DNA from: the human T2T-CHM13v2.0 reference genome, Homo sapiens
Length of the DNA stretch: 64,000 nt
Reading direction: 5' to 3' (one strand)
NCBI RefSeq assembly: GCF_009914755.1
Contig: NC_060947.1
Shown here: positions 11,391 through 26,129 of the stretch, piece by piece
Layout of the letters: each line of letters opens with the position of its first letter
Position numbering within the stretch: the first letter of the stretch is position 1
Made by a program: the position numbers and the translations under genes
The notes under the pieces: generated by a model
Databases searched by the model: none
The model's input: the letters and a program-made list of their open reading frames with translations, nothing else
Told to the model about the DNA's origin: nothing

Positions 11391-12949
11391 CACCCTTTTG
11401 AAAAATTATTGCATGTTGCTTAGGAAATTCCTTGAGAAGAAAGTGTTACAGAAATATCACTGCTCATTACTGTATAATTGTACTGGCCTTTTCAATAAAT
11501 AAAATATTTGTTTTTCCTTTCTGACCTAGGGAATGACAGAAATGGTTTCATGTCTACAGTACAAATAAGCCCCGAATGCAAGTTTCATGTTGCATTGGAT
11601 GATTTCCAGAGGTTCCTAATGTCATTTAGTCTTTGAAAGCATTTTCCAAGTAGCAATCCACAATATATCAAAAGGTATTCCTCTAAGGGAAGATACTATG
11701 TTTATGTGATGAGAACCTGATGAGTTTAACAGAGATAAACAGGTTTCCTCACGTCAGGGCTTCTCAGTGCCTTATTAAGGATAATATGCAAAGTAACAAG
11801 ATCAGATTTAAAACATGCAGCTCTACCAAATTTATTGCACACTGGAATTCATTTTCTCAGAGCATCTTGAAAGACTGGAATATATCAGAATATAGTTTGG
11901 GAAATGTTGGTCTATGAACTATATAAATCGTGCTTTGTAAGTTTATTATATTAATACACATGTCCTGGAAACCATGAAGAAAAATGATTGCACCAAACAC
12001 ACAAAGTCTTCTAGGCTGTGGCTTGCTGGGACGCATGTAAGGAACTGTACATTGGAACTGTTTCAAAACTTGTTTTATTTCCAATAACAAGGAAAAGCTC
12101 TTCTCTCCTAATGACGGGTGAAATGAAGCGGAGATTGGAAAAGTGAGCCAAACACTTAAACTCTCCACTGAGCTGGCACCTGTCTACCCCAGCATGTTTT
12201 CTGAGCCCTCTGTGCAGGCCCTAAACAATAACAGGCTATGCTCCATTATTCAGCCAAATATCCCAGGAAGCTTCAGACCATAGCTAAGTTTCTGGGCTTG
12301 GCATGTTTTGAAAGACATAATCCTGGGGAAAAAAGGAAAGACCAGTGTTAGGCCAATGAATATAACCCAGAATATAATCCTGGATTTACAGTTGATTTTT
12401 TTCAGGTTGAGTAGATGAGCATAGGAATAAACTGTCTTGGTAGACTCCTGAAGGGTCTCTGTGTGATTTTTCCGGGACTTTTGGTTAATCTGAGATTGGA
12501 AACAAACATAATTGCACAGTGTTTTCCAACACAGCTAGATTTATTCCTGCTCTTTCTCCCATCTTTTTGGAAAAGATGGTATAATTCCTAAGAGCAGTTG
12601 CTCCAATTGCTTTCCTTAATTTGGGAGTGAAGCTCTGGCTTAAAAGTCCAATTTCCCAGAATATTAGACCTCAAGAAGACCTTGGAAAGCATCTAGACTT
12701 CTTCTGGCTCAATTTAATTCTAGCAGGAATTGTTTTTAAAACTCAAGGGTAAGACTATTGCCTTATAAGAAACTGACTTGGACATTGGACCCCTACCCCC
12801 CAACTCCTCCCCAACAAACAAACACTAATTTCTTTTTCTGAATTGTGTTCTGAATCTAGCAGACAACTACTCCAAATGTGAAAATGAGTGGTTTAAACTA
12901 GAATGGTGGTATGCAAATGCCTGCCTATACTCCGAAAGCAGTAATTAAA

Positions 12950-13108
12950 TGGCGGCATGAAAATCACTGGAGGCATTATTTTAAAATGCACATTCTTGGT
13001 TCCTTCTGCCAGATGTATTGAACCAGAATCTCTAGAAGAGGAGCTTAAGAATGTGATTTTTAACAAGTTCTTCAAGTGATTTCAATGCATAGCCAGGGTT
13101 GAGAAACC
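12950..13108. mobile_element. MER5A-like DNA transposon
   Basis: taaaatgcacattcttgg...ttttaacaagttcttcaagtgatt...gggttgagaaacca. Confidence 0.7.
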
Positions 13109-14780
13109 AATAGATTAGATGATCTACAAGATCCCTGCTAGACCTAACATTTATAGGTTCCTTCATTTTTTAAAAAAAGAGAGAGATGTAGATCCACCAC
13201 CTATCATGTGCCGGGAAGTTTCCTAGATTTGCAGACTTTCTCAACCAATGTTTCTCAACTGAACCACAGAGCACAGAAAATGATCTGTGTAACTATCATT
13301 TTAATTCTCCTAAGGATAGTTCATAATGAATAACGTTATACATGCATAGGAAAAAAAATGAATGTGTTGTATACAACAGTTGCCTTACTACATTAGGATT
13401 TAGTTCTCTTAGGTTTGATAAAGGCTATTAGTAGAGAAACAATTTGTGAAGAACAAAGTCTCTGAAATATAATGTGTCTATACTCTAGATGGTTGAGCTA
13501 TAAGATGGTGCCTCCATTTGCCTGGCCACCTGAGTGACTGTGTGAAACAAGCCCCCTTTTTTCTCCCCAGCCTATATCAGTAATATATAATGATCAATAA
13601 ACAAATCACTGTTGAGATTTATGGGTTAATTTTTTACCACTGCACAACTTAGTCTATCTTGAGGAAAGCAGTCACACTAAAAAATTTGGACTTTGTTCAA
13701 ACATAAAGCTATTGAAGGATTTTGGGCAGGATAAGTCACATAATCAGCTATACATTTTTCAAAGGTGAGTCTGACTGAAGGGTTGCAAATGGATTTAAAG
13801 AGAGCAAGGGTCAATGTAGGGAGATCAACTTGTTAATGAAATAATGATTGAATTAATGTGTTCAGCCCAAAATTAATTATTTTAAAACTCCTCTATGACA
13901 GGCATGGTCCTAAGTGTTGGAGATACGAAGATAAACAATATAATTATAGGTGGTGTTAAATACTATAAAGAGAAAAAACAGGGTGCTATGAAAGAGAAAA
14001 AGGAAGGGCTTCCTATTTTATATAAAAGTATCTGTGATCGAAACATAACGCAGACCACATATGTAATTTTTTAAAAATCATCCTGCTTGCTATAGGCAAA
14101 ATGAAAAGGCTGTAGCAGCACAAGAAAGAGCTCATCAAGTTTAGTGACCCAGGCCCCCAGACCAAGAAAAGAAGGTAGGTCAAGGAACAGACACACCCTG
14201 ACCTATTCATTTTGGAGAATTGAGTGAAAGTCTTGAGTTAGCTAGTAGACAATTTTCCTGAAAGCCCTGTGCAAATATATTCAGAGAAAATGGGAGCAGC
14301 TGATAAAATTATCAGGCTTGGGTGTACATAATTTTCAAAACTCATGTAATTGAACACTAAGTGGTTGTGCATTTTATTGTGTATAAGTTATACCTTAATA
14401 CATTAAAACAACTGCATTCAGACAATTTGTCTTAACTTATATACTTTCTGATGAAGAATAAAATGTGAACACAACCATGTTTTTATGTTCTACTAAAAGT
14501 CCAATGAAAAAAATTGACTTAGGTAAATTCCAAGTTTGCTAAAGCAATATCAGTTATTCAGAGAGAGGATGGTAATGCATGAAGTGATTCTATCATTTCT
14601 GATTCTTTACATGGCAACTAAAACCTGTGTAACCCAGCTTTTCAATTATTAAAATATTTTTATCCAGACATCAGATGGCTGCTAGGCTGTCAATCCTTCC
14701 ATAAAGAATGGGCAAGATCCACCACTGGTATTAAGAAGGAGATAATAGGATTTGTGAATGTGCCGCAAACATGAAGGAAT

Positions 14781-14818
14781 ACACACACACACACACAAAG
14801 ACACACACACACACACAC
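14781..14818. repeat. Interrupted (CA)n microsatellite
   Basis: acacacac... run with an aaag interruption. Confidence 0.95.
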
Positions 14819-15339
14819 GAGGCCTACATCCTAACCCATATGAGAAGAAAGCTCCAGTTTTGTTCCTGACCACAAGGCCATTTGATCTGCACGCCAAGTG
14901 ATTGTGGTTGAAACTCTCACCTACCCCTATCCCTCTTCCATCATAATCATGGTTTCCTTTTTCCATCATCTCCTTTTGGGATCTCTTTTCCAGGGGAAAA
15001 TAACTTCTATGTCAGGAAAAAACCTTCATCAGAAAACTGCTCACGACTTGTCCCTGGTTTCAAAGAATCCCCTCACAATATTCACACATACTGGGAATCA
15101 GTGTCAACCATGGCTGACCTATGAGGTAGGGCTGAAGAAACGGGGTGTAGACTATGCCATGAACCACACGCACATAGCATGCTGAATTCCAAGTTAAACA
15201 GAGAGTCACTGGCTCCCATTAAATACTATTCTATCTCTTCTTTCAAAGGGAAAGAGCATTTTGTAAAGTGGATTGCATGTGGAGTTTTTTTCTTTTTCTC
15301 AATATTTATATTTTGGTTTTTTCTCAGGTTTTTTTCTCA

Positions 15340-16010
15340 TGCTACATAATCTTCTTGGGTTATCTCATCCACTCCTCCAACTGTAACTATTATAAGTAAG
15401 CTAAAGATTCCTGAATCTTTATCCCTGATTTTAATGTTTTTCCTGAGCATCAGACTCAAATATCTGAAAGTTGGTTGGCATCTGTGCCGAGGTATCCTAC
15501 AAAAACATCAAACTCAACAACTCTGTAATCAAAGCCTTAATATCTGATCTTAACTCTTGTTCCAAATCTGTTTTTATTTTTGAATTCTTTATCTCTGTAT
15601 TAATAGTAGCATCCAGTCACCAAAGCTATAAATGTAAGATTTATTCAACTTCAATTTTTATTTTTTTCCTTTCACCATCCCCTACCACCACTCCAATTAT
15701 TTGCTACATTTTTCCAAATCTATGTTCTAAATACCTTGTTTATCCTTTCCTTGTACTTATCCTCAGTATTGCTGCCTCAGTTTAGGACATTAATATTTTT
15801 CATCTGTTGCAATAATCTCCAGGGTTACTCCTTAATCCATCATCCACAATATTGCATCAATGATACATCTAAATATTTATTTGTTCACTCATTTTCCTCT
15901 TTCATTATACTGTGAGCTCTTCAAGGGAAGCAACAGTATCTTATATAATTTTATATCACTAATACCTTGCATAGTGTTTGGCACAGAATAGGCAAGCTGA
16001 ATGATAAACG
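15340..16010 (+). mobile_element. L2 (degenerate)
   Basis: catcaaactcaac..., then ctgtgagctcttcaaggg...ttggcacagaatagg (L2 3' end). Confidence 0.6.
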
Positions 16011-16749
16011 GATAACAGGAAAAAAGGAAGAGGAGTAGTCCTCTATCCAGCTACATTTCCAAAAGGTGCTAGAGGTACAATGGTGAATAAAACAGAACTC
16101 GACTCCTTTCTTTAGTCACAGGGATGAATCATCACCACACTTTGTCAGTTAATTTTTCTGAAGACTCTTATCTTTGTGGCTTTTCCCCTCATTCCTATTG
16201 TCATTGTACCTTGAACTTTTGATACATCACATTGCAATGATGTGTTTACGTGACCGTCTCTCCCAAGTGCATATACAAGTCCTGCAATGTCTTATTTATC
16301 TCTTTTATCCTAGCACCTAGGCCAGTACTTGGCATACAGTAGATGATCAATGAATGTAGAGTTAATGAATCAAGTAAAGCAGCTCAGCTGCCATACTCCT
16401 GTGGCTAGATAAGGCCGTGGTCATTTCTTTTGCTGTCACCATTCCTACCCCCACAGATACACCAGAAATCTTGGGAGAGCTCTTATTTCCAGAGTTTTGG
16501 GTACAGCCATATCCACCTCACTTCAGGTGGCAGAATCCCTTAGAGGTGAATTTGATATAGAGACCCATGATGCTGGCAATCCTTTTGAAATATTACAGTG
16601 TATTCCCCACATCTAGCTGAATGAGTGCATGGTAAATGTGGGCATATGGTGAATAGTAGCTTCAGACTCACCTGTTGAGAGTCTGCTTTATCAAGCATTC
16701 ACCACAAACAGGAATGTTCCAAATAGAATCAAATGATGCGTCACTTTTT

Positions 16750-19700
16750 TTTGGATTTTTATATTATACTTTAAGTTCTAGCGAACATGTGCACAATGTG
16801 CAGGTTTGTTACATAGGTATACATGTGCCATGTTGGTGTCCTGCACCCATCAACCCGTCATTTACATCAGGAATTTCTCCCAATACTATCCCTCCCCCAG
16901 CCCCCAACCCCCAAACAGGCCCCAGTGTGTGATGTTCCCCAACCTGTGTCCATGTGTTCTCATTGTTCAACTCCCACTGATGAGTGAGAACATGCGGTGT
17001 TTGGTTTTCTGTCCTTGTGATAGTTTGCTGAGAATGATGGTTTCCAGCTTCATCCATGTCCCTGCATAGGACATAAATTCATCCTTTTTATGGCTGCATA
17101 GTATTCCATGGTGTATATGTGCCACATTTTCTTAATCCAGTCTATCATTGATGGACATTTGGGTTGGTTCCAAGTCTTTGTTATTGTGAATAGTGCCACA
17201 ATAAACATACATGTGCATGTGTCTTTATGGAAGCATGATTTATAATCCTTTGGGTATATACCCAGTAATGGGATCTCTGGGTCAAATGGTATTTCTAATT
17301 CTAGATCCTTGAGGAATCGCCACACTGTCTTCCACAATGGCTGAACTAATTCACACTCCCACCAACAGTGTAAAAGCGTTCCTATTTCTCTGCAGCCTCT
17401 CCAGTATCTGTTGTTTCCTAACTTTTTAATGATTGCCATTCTAACTGGTGTGAGATGGTATCTCATTGTCGTTTGGATTTGCACTTCTCTGATGACCAGT
17501 AATGATGAGCATTTCTTCATGTGTCTGTTGGCTGCATAAATGTCTTCTTTTGAGAAGTGTCTGTTCATATCCTTTGCCTACTTTTTGATGGAGTTGTTTG
17601 ATTTTTTCTTGTAAATTTGTTGAAGTTCTTTGTAGATTCTGGATATTAGCCCTTTGTCAGAAGGGTAGATTGCAAAAATTTTCTCCCATTCTGTAGGTTG
17701 CCTGTTCACTCTGATGATAGTTTCTTTTGCTGTGCAGAAGCCCTTTAGTTTAATTAGATCGCATTTGTCTATTTTGGCTTTCGTTGCCATTGCTTTTGTT
17801 GTTTTAGTCATTAAGTCTTTGCCCATGTCTATGTCCTGAATGGTGATGCCTAGGTTTTCTTCTAGGGTTTTTATGGTTTTAGGTCTAACATTTAAGTCAT
17901 TAATCCTTCTTGAGTTAATTTTTGTATAACGTGTAAGGAAGGGATCCAGTTTCAGCTTTCTACATATGGCTAGCCAGTTTTCCCAGCACCATTTCTTAAA
18001 TAGGGAATCCTTTTGCCATTTCTTGTTTTTGTCAGGCTTGCCAAAGATCAGATGGTTGTAGATGTGTGGTGTTATTTCTGAGGCCTCTGTTCAGTTCCAC
18101 TGGTCTATATATCTGTTTTGGTACCAGTACCATGATGTTTTGGTTACTGTAGCCTTGTAGCATAGTTTGAAATCAGGTACTGTGATGCCTCTAGCTTTGT
18201 TCTTTTTGCTTAGGATTGTCTTGGCTATGTGAGCTCTTTTTTGGTTCCATATGAACTTTAAAGTAGTTTTTTTTCAGCTCTGTGAAGAAAGTCATTGGTA
18301 GCTCGATGGGGATGACATTGAATCTAAAATTACCTTGGGCACTATGGCCATTTTCACGATATTGATTCTTCCTATCCATGAGCATGGAATGTTCTTCAAT
18401 TTGTTTGTGCCCTTTTTTATTTCACTGAGCAGCGGTTTGTAGTTCTCCTTGAAGAGGTCCTTCACATCCCTTGTAAGTTGGATTCCTAGGTATTTTATTC
18501 CCTTTGTAGCAATTATTAATGGGAGTTTACTCATGATTTGGCTCTCTGTTTGACTGTTACTGGTGTATAGGAATGCTTTTGATTTTTGCACATTGATTTT
18601 GTATCCTGAGACTTTGCTGAAGTTGCTCATCAGCTTAAGGAGATTTTGGGCTGAGACAACAGGGCTTTCTAAATATACAATCATGTCATCTGCAAACAGG
18701 GACAATTTGACTTCCTCTTTTCTTAATTGAATACCCTTTATTTATTTCACTTGCCTGATTGCCCTGGCCAGAACTTCCAACACTATGTTGAATAGTAGTG
18801 GTGAGAGAGAACATCCTTGCCTTGTGCCGATTTTCAAAGAGAATGCTTTCAGGTTTTGCCCATTCAGTATGATATTGGCTGTGGGTTTGTCATAAACAGC
18901 TCTTATTATTTTGAGATATGTTCCATCAATACCTAGTTTATGGAGAGTTTTCAATAAATTCTCAAGAGTTTTGTCCAAGACCTTTTCTGCATCTATTGAG
19001 ATAATCATGTGGTTTTTGTCTTTGGTTGTGTTTATGTGATGGATTACGTTTATTTATTTGCGTATGTTGAACCAGCCTTGCATCCCAGGGATGAAGCCAA
19101 CTTCATCGTGGTGGCTAAGTTTTTGATGTGCTGCTGGATTCAGTTTGCCATTATTTTATTGAGGATTTTTGCATTGATGTTCATGAGGGATATTGGTGTA
19201 AAATTCACTTTTTTTATTGTGTCTCTGCCAGGCTTTGGCATCACGATGATGCTGGCGTCATAAAATGAGTTAGGGGGGATGCCCTCTTCTATTAATTGGA
19301 ATAGTTTCAGAAGGAATAGTAACAGCTCTTCTTTGTACCTCTGGTAGAATTCGACTGTGAATCCATCTGCTCCTGGTCTTGTTTTGGTTGGTAGACTATT
19401 AATTATTGCCTCAATTTCAGGACCTATTATTGGTCTATTCAGAGACTGAACTTCTTCCTTGTTTAGTCTTGGGAGGGTGTATGCGTCCAGGAATTTGTCC
19501 ATTTCTTCTAGATTTTCTAGTTTATTTGCATAGAGGTGTTTATAGTATTCTCTGATGGTAGTTTTTATTTCTGTGGGATTGGTGGTGATATCCCCTTGAT
19601 CATTCTTTATTGCGTCTATTTGATTCTTCTCTCTTTTCTTCTTTATTAGTCTTGCTCTTTCCTCTTGCTCCTCTAGTTCAATTAATTTTTATGTTAGGGG

Positions 19701-20425
19701 TTGATTTTAGATCTTTCTTGCTTTCTCTTGTGGGGATTTAGTGCTATAAATTTCTTTCTACACACTGCTTTAAATGTGTCCCAGAGATCCGGGTATGTTG
19801 TGTCTTTGTCCTCATTGGTTTCAAAGAACATCTTTATTTCTGCCTTCATTTCCTTATTTATCCAGTAGTCATTCAGGAATAGTTTGTTTAGTTTCCATGT
19901 AGTTGTGCAGTTTTGAGTGAGTTTCTTAATCCTGAGTTCTAATTTGATTGCACTGTGGTCTGAGAGACAGTTTGTTGTGATTTCTGTTCTTTTACATTTG
20001 CTGAGGAGTGTTTTACTTCCAATTATGTGGTCAATTTTAGAAAAAGTGCGAAGTCGTGCTGAGAAGAATGTATATTCTGTTGATTTGGGTTGGAGAGTTC
20101 TGTAGATGTCTATTAGGTCTGCTTGGTGCAGAGCTGAGTTCAAGTCCTGGATATCCTTGTTAACCTTCTGTCTCATTGATCTGTCTAATATTGACAGTTG
20201 GGTGTTAAATTCTCCCAGTATTATTGTGTGGGAGTCTAAGTCTCTTTGTAGGTCTCTAAGGACTTGCTTTATGAATCTGGGTGCTCCTGTATTGGGTGCA
20301 TATATATTTAGGACAGTTAGCTCTTCTTGTTGAATTGATCTCTTTAACATTATGTAATGGCCTTCTTTGTCTCTTTTGATCTTTGTTGGTTTAAAGTCTG
20401 TTTTATCAGAGACTAGAATTGCAAT

Positions 20426-20456
<31 letters not shown>

Positions 20457-22845
20457 GTTTTTTTTGTTTTTTGCTTTCCATTTGCTTGGTAGATCTTCCT
20501 CCATCCCCTTATTTTGAGCCTACGTGTGTCTCTGCACATGAGATGAGTCTCCTGAATATAGCACACTGATGGTTCTTGACTCTTTATCCAATTTGCCAGT
20601 CTGTGTCTTTTAATTGGGGCATTTAGCCCATTTACATTTAAGGTTAATATTGTTATATGTGAATTTAATCCTGTCATTATGATGTTAGCTGTTTATTTTG
20701 CCTGTTAATTGATGCAGTTTCTTCATAGTGTCAATGGTCTTTACAGTTTGACATGTTTTTGCAGTTTTTGGTACCACTTGTTCCTTTCCATGTTTAGTGC
20801 TTCCTTCAGGAGCTCTTGTAAGGCAGGCCTGATGGTGACAAAGTCTCTCAGCATTTGCTTGTCTGTAAAGGATTTTATTTCTCCGTCACTTATGAAGCTT
20901 AGTTTGGCTGGATATGAAATTCTGGGTTGAATATTCTTTTCTTTAAGAATGTTGAATACTGGCCCCCAGTCTCTTCTGGCTTGTAGAGTGTCTGCCAAGG
21001 GATCCACTGTTAGTCTGATGGGCTTCCCTTTGTGGGTAACCCGACCTTTGTCTCTGGCTGCCCTTAACATTTTTTCCTTCATTTCAACCTTGGTGAATCT
21101 GAAAATTATGTGTCTTGGGGTTGCTCTTCTCGAAGAGTATCTTTGTGGTGTTCTCTGTATTTCCTGAATTTGAATGTTGGCCTGCCTTGTTAGGTTGGGG
21201 AAGTTCTCCTAGATAATATCCTGAAAAGCGTTTTCTAACTTGGTTCCATTCTCCCCGTCACTTTCAGGTACACCAATCAAATGTAGATTTGGTCTTTTCA
21301 CTTTGTCCCATATTTCTTGGGGCTTTTTTCATTTCTTTTCACTCTTTTTTATCTAATCTTGTCTTCTCACTTTATTTCATTCATTTGATCTTCCATCACT
21401 GATATCCTTTCTTCCACTTGATCGAATCAGCTACTGAAGCTTGTATATGCATCATGAAGTCCTCATGCTGTGGTTTTCAGCTCCATGAGGTCACTTGAGG
21501 TCTTCTCTACACTTTTTATTCTAGTTAGCCATTCGTCTAATATTTTTTCAAGGTTTATACCTTCTTTGCAATGGGTTAGAACACGCTCCTTTAGCTCGGA
21601 GAATTTTGTTATTACCGACCTTCTGAAGCTTACTTCTGTCAACTCGTCAAACTCATTCTCCATGCAGTTTTGTTCCCTTGCTGGCGAGGAGCTGTGATAC
21701 TTTGGAGGAGAAGAGGGGCTCTGGTTTTTGGAATTTTCAGCTTTTCTGCTCTGGTTTCTCCCCATCTTAGTGGTTTTATCTACCTTTGGTCTTTGATGTT
21801 GGTGATCTACAGATGGGGCTTTGGTGTGGATGTCCTTTTTTTTTTTTTTTTTTTATTTTTTATTTTTTTGGATGTCCTTTTTTGTTGATGTTGATGGTAT
21901 TCCTTTGTTTGTTAGTTTTCCTTCTAACAGTCAGGCCCCTCAGCTGCAGGTCTGTTGGAGTTTGCTGGAGGTCCACTCCAGACTCTGTTTGCCTGGATTT
22001 CACCAGCAGAGGCTGCAGAACAGCAAATATTGCAGAACAGCAAATATTGCTGCCTGATCATTCCTCTGGAAACTTCATCCCAGAGAGGCACCCGCCTGTA
22101 TGAGGTGTCTGTCAGCCCCTGCTGGGAGGTGTCTCCCAGTCAGGCTACACGGGGGTCAGGGACCCACTTGAGGAGGCAGTCTGTCCCTTCTCAGAGCTTG
22201 AACACCGTGCTGGGAGAACCACTGCTATCTTCAGAGCTGTCAGACAGGGACGTTTAAGTCTGCAGAAGTTGTCTGCTGCCTTTTTTTCATCTATGCCCTC
22301 CCTACAGAGGTGCAGTCTAGAGAGGCAGTAGACCTTGCTGAGCTGCGGTGGGCTCTGCCCAGTTTGAGCTTCCCAGCTGCTTTGTTTGCCTACTCAAGCC
22401 TCAGCAATGGTGGACACTCCTCCCCCTGCCAGGCTGTAGCCTCACAGGTCGATCTCAGACTGCTGTGCTAGCAGTGAGCAAGGCTCTATGGGCGTGGGAC
22501 CCCCCGAGCCAGGCACGGGAGGGAATCCCCTGGTCTGCCAGTTGCTAATACTGTGGGCAAAGTGCAGTATTTGGGCGAGAATGTACTGTCCCTCCAGGTA
22601 CAGTCTGTCATGGCTTCCCTTGGCTAGGAAAGGAAAATCCCCTGACCCCTTGTGTTTCCCAGATGAGGTGATGCCCCACTCTGCTTCAGTTCTCCCTCCG
22701 TGGGCTGCATGCACTGTCCAACCAGTCCCAGTGAGATGAACCAGGTACCTCAGTTGGAAATGCAGAAATCACCTATCTTCTGCATCAATCTTGCTGGGAG
22801 CTGCAGACTGGAGCTGTTCCTATTAGGCCATCTTGGAAATGACCC
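16750..22845 (-). mobile_element. Full-length L1 (L1PA6/7-like), inactive
   Basis: 5' ccaagatggcctaataggaacagctcc at about 22835; ORF1/ORF2 fragments; TSD tgatg(c/t)gtcacttttt at 16734-16749 and 22846-22861; internal ORF2 deletion near 19656. Confidence 0.95.
19694..20677 (-). pseudogene. L1 ORF2 endonuclease-domain fragment (327 aa open)
   Basis: [19 protein letters not shown]...; GDFN changed to GEFN (catalytic D145 lost); in-frame poly-Lys from an A-run expansion. Confidence 0.9.
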
Positions 22846-24169
22846 TGATGTGTCACTTTTTACTTAACTTCATTAACCACTTTAAATCACCACTTTTTTC
22901 TCTCAATATGTAAAGTTTTCCTCTGCTGATTGAAATCCCCTCTCCCTTTCCAGAAGAAGACCCCACAATAGACACTCAATGAGCATTCGATTTTCTTATT
23001 AGAAGGAAACTCCACTCCTACCTCATCATTTGCTTTATAGTCTCTTCTCGGGGAAATGCAGGTAACAGAAGGGGCAAGAATGGAGCCTCTTCTTCCACAA
23101 ACCCCCTCTTACCTCCTTTCTTTCTCCGTTTCCCCCTCACCTACGAACCTGTAAACCACAAATACCACATTTTTGAATTCCTATTTTGGGAGCGCAGCTA
23201 ACAGACTGCAATTCAATGAAGGCCTTTGTAAGTTGGAGGGACTCCTGAATTTTAAAACAAGAGCTTCTTTTTAGAACTACCTAGGTATAAATGACAACAT
23301 GGAGAAATGTGGCAGCATCTAATTTCCAGGTGAAGGGAAAATTTAGTGTTTTCCAATAAACAGGGCTTAGAAAATAGCCCCAGCCAGAGATACAAAACAG
23401 AATGAAAGCTGAAACTGTATAGAAATTAGTGTAAGATACGACTATGCCTGAGAAACTATGGAATATAATTTTCTAATTCCACACAGGTATCAACCAAGAT
23501 CCATGATAGCTAACTGTCTTGCCTGTTTCCCTGTGTCCTAATCATAGCTGAACTTCCCTGTGTAGGGAGAAATTATGCCTTTCTAAATAATCTGTGCAGT
23601 CTTACCTGCACTTAGTGTACTTTTCTGAGGGACTGCCACTGAGGGACTCCTGCCACCCTGGCTACTCAACCTCGTGGGAAATTATTCAAACCTGTTTTCC
23701 CAAGGCCACCCAACCCTACTCATGAGTTTTATTTTCTGCCTTAAATGCATTTCTTAGTATTTTTAGAAGATTACTACATTCTTTCTTGTGTGATTAAGTC
23801 AATGGCCACTTCATATCAAAAGGCCAATGATACTTTGTCTTTATCAAAGACTTTATGTTTAAAGATCTTAACACCAGCCCAAGAACAAAACAAAATCCAC
23901 AAGAGATAGAATGTCCTTACAAGGGAGACTTTTGGAAAACCCAAGAGAATTGAGGCCATGATAGAAAAGTAGAGTGGAAAGTAGATTTCTTCCAGACAAT
24001 AGGCAGGATTAATTACTGGAAGCTTTTCTTATTTGTTCAAGGATATTATGATAAGAAATACACAGTCTTATTTTGAATGCACCCCCTACACACACACAGA
24101 TAAGGGCTGCAAGTTGTAAAAATAAATAAGACATCATTTCTCTCTTAAGAAGTTTAAAGACAAGTAGAA

Positions 24170-24655
24170 ATTACATGGTCACTAAGGCTCTACATTATCT
24201 GGCCTGCCTCTCTCAACTCATTCTAGACTACCCTTCTCACTATGAACTAGACACTCCCATGTTCTTTCTGTTCACTGAATACACTAAGCTTCTTCCTTCC
24301 TTGGTGCCTTTGCATTTTCTTTTTCTTTTACCTGGAATACCCTTACTTTCAAATCTTTCCCTAAATGGCCCCCCTTTATTATCACTAGCTCAGACAAATC
24401 TTCCCTAAGCATTCTACATAAAGTAGTTCTTCTCCATTATTTTTTTCAACATCCTGTTTGTTTTCTTCAAATACTTATTATAACTTAACAGTCATTTTAT
24501 TTGTTTACTCTATTTGTATGTTTGTCTTCCCCACTATGATGCAAATACTATAAGGATGGGCACTGAGTCTTGTTCACCATTGAATCTGCAACAGTTAACA
24601 CTATGCTTGGCACATAATAGTTGCTTAAAAATACGCGTTGGATGAATGAATGGGA
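24170..24655 (+). mobile_element. L2 fragment
   Basis: cctttgcattttct...cctggaat...; cttggcacataatagttgctt...tggatgaatgaat end. Confidence 0.65.
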
Positions 24656-26129
24656 TTATAAGGCAAGTATACAAATAACCACTATACAATGCAGTATGGA
24701 AAAAATTCAATGAGACAGTGTTGTGGACATTCGCCTCCCCAGAATCTGTTTCCCCCTTCTTTTGGCAATGATCCTTGTCTTCCCCTTCCCAACTTCAGTT
24801 CACACCTAGCCTTAGGGGGTGGAACATGTGATCCGGGCCTAACTGAAGCAGTATATTACATTCCTTAGCCACAGTTGTTGATTCAATGGTTGGTACAATC
24901 AGAGGAAATTGAGACTTAAGACTTTACTCTTTTTCCCCCTTTGGCAGAGGGGATGAGACTAGAGCTAAAGCAGCTATCTTGTAATCTTATACATACACAC
25001 ACACTGGCTCAGAAAAGAAGCATTATGGAAGCTCATAACTTTGTAAGCCATGAGCTGTGGGTTACAATGGTACTTGAACTGGACCTTGAAAACAGGTAGC
25101 ATTATTTTTTATACCCTATGATTTTCTCTTTTTAATTTCAAGTTAGAAACAACCTTAGAGACCTAGAAAGGTGAGTCTCAGAGAAATGAATTAGCTTTCT
25201 TATAGTCACATGGAAAGTTAATGGCAGTGCCATTAACAATATAATTGTTATTGACAATACATTGACAATACAACTAGTATCCAGATGTATTGTCATCTGG
25301 CCTTGTATTCTTTCCACTCATTGAGGTAAAATTTTAAATATGCAGTTTGGCAATGTAGGTAGAGGGATAGAAACATCATGCAAAATTTGGCATAAAAATA
25401 TGCTCAGAAGATAATAACCTGTCCATGTGGCTAAAGGAAAGGGTGCCAATAGGAGAGTAGCAAAAGATCAAGCAGGGAACATCAGCTAGTGTTAGATTTT
25501 AGAAGGCAAAAGGAAGCCATTTACAGTCTTTGAATAGAAGAGCATTATAATTTAGGTACCATGGACGATGAGAAGAATGAAGGCAAAAACACTGGCTAGG
25601 TGGTTGTTATACTAGCCTGAGTGTACCATAACATGCGGCAAACCAAGGTAGTTTGGGTTTTTATAAATTGTCATCAGAGATACTTGAACAACTATCTAAA
25701 AGCAATTCCAATTATGTTCATTTCTGTCAATGGCTTAATGTATGCACCTGCTGATAGAACAACCATATAAGAACCATCTACTATTAAATCCATGTCAGAT
25801 TAATTGTTCTCTACATTTTATTTCACTTTAACCAATGAATTTTTTCACGTATGCTCATGCAGCCTTCCAGATTTGGTGCTCATGATGAAGAGAACGAGAA
25901 AGTGGAAACTCAGCAAGCCACTTGGCCTTTGCCTTTATTGTTTCTCACTTATCTCCATTTGAGGGTAGCCTTCTCAATCCCCAAAAGCAAGGTGACTTCC
26001 TTCCTCCATCCTGGGTAGAAATTTTGGAGTAAATCCCAACAGTAAAAGACAAGGACACTCCCTAAGCTGAAAGCCTTAGCAATGCTGTTCACTTGCTTTT
26101 TCTGCTGTAAGAATTAAAATCAGCTACTT

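Noticed and set aside
16665-16733. Strong minus-strand donor (cag|gtgagt) next to the L1 3' end
   Set aside because: No convincing acceptor or reading frame across the pre-insertion site.
23105-23160. Possible minus-strand micro-exon (tttacag|gttcgtag...ggag|gtaaga)
   Set aside because: Too short to distinguish from chance, and I could not link it in phase to other exons.
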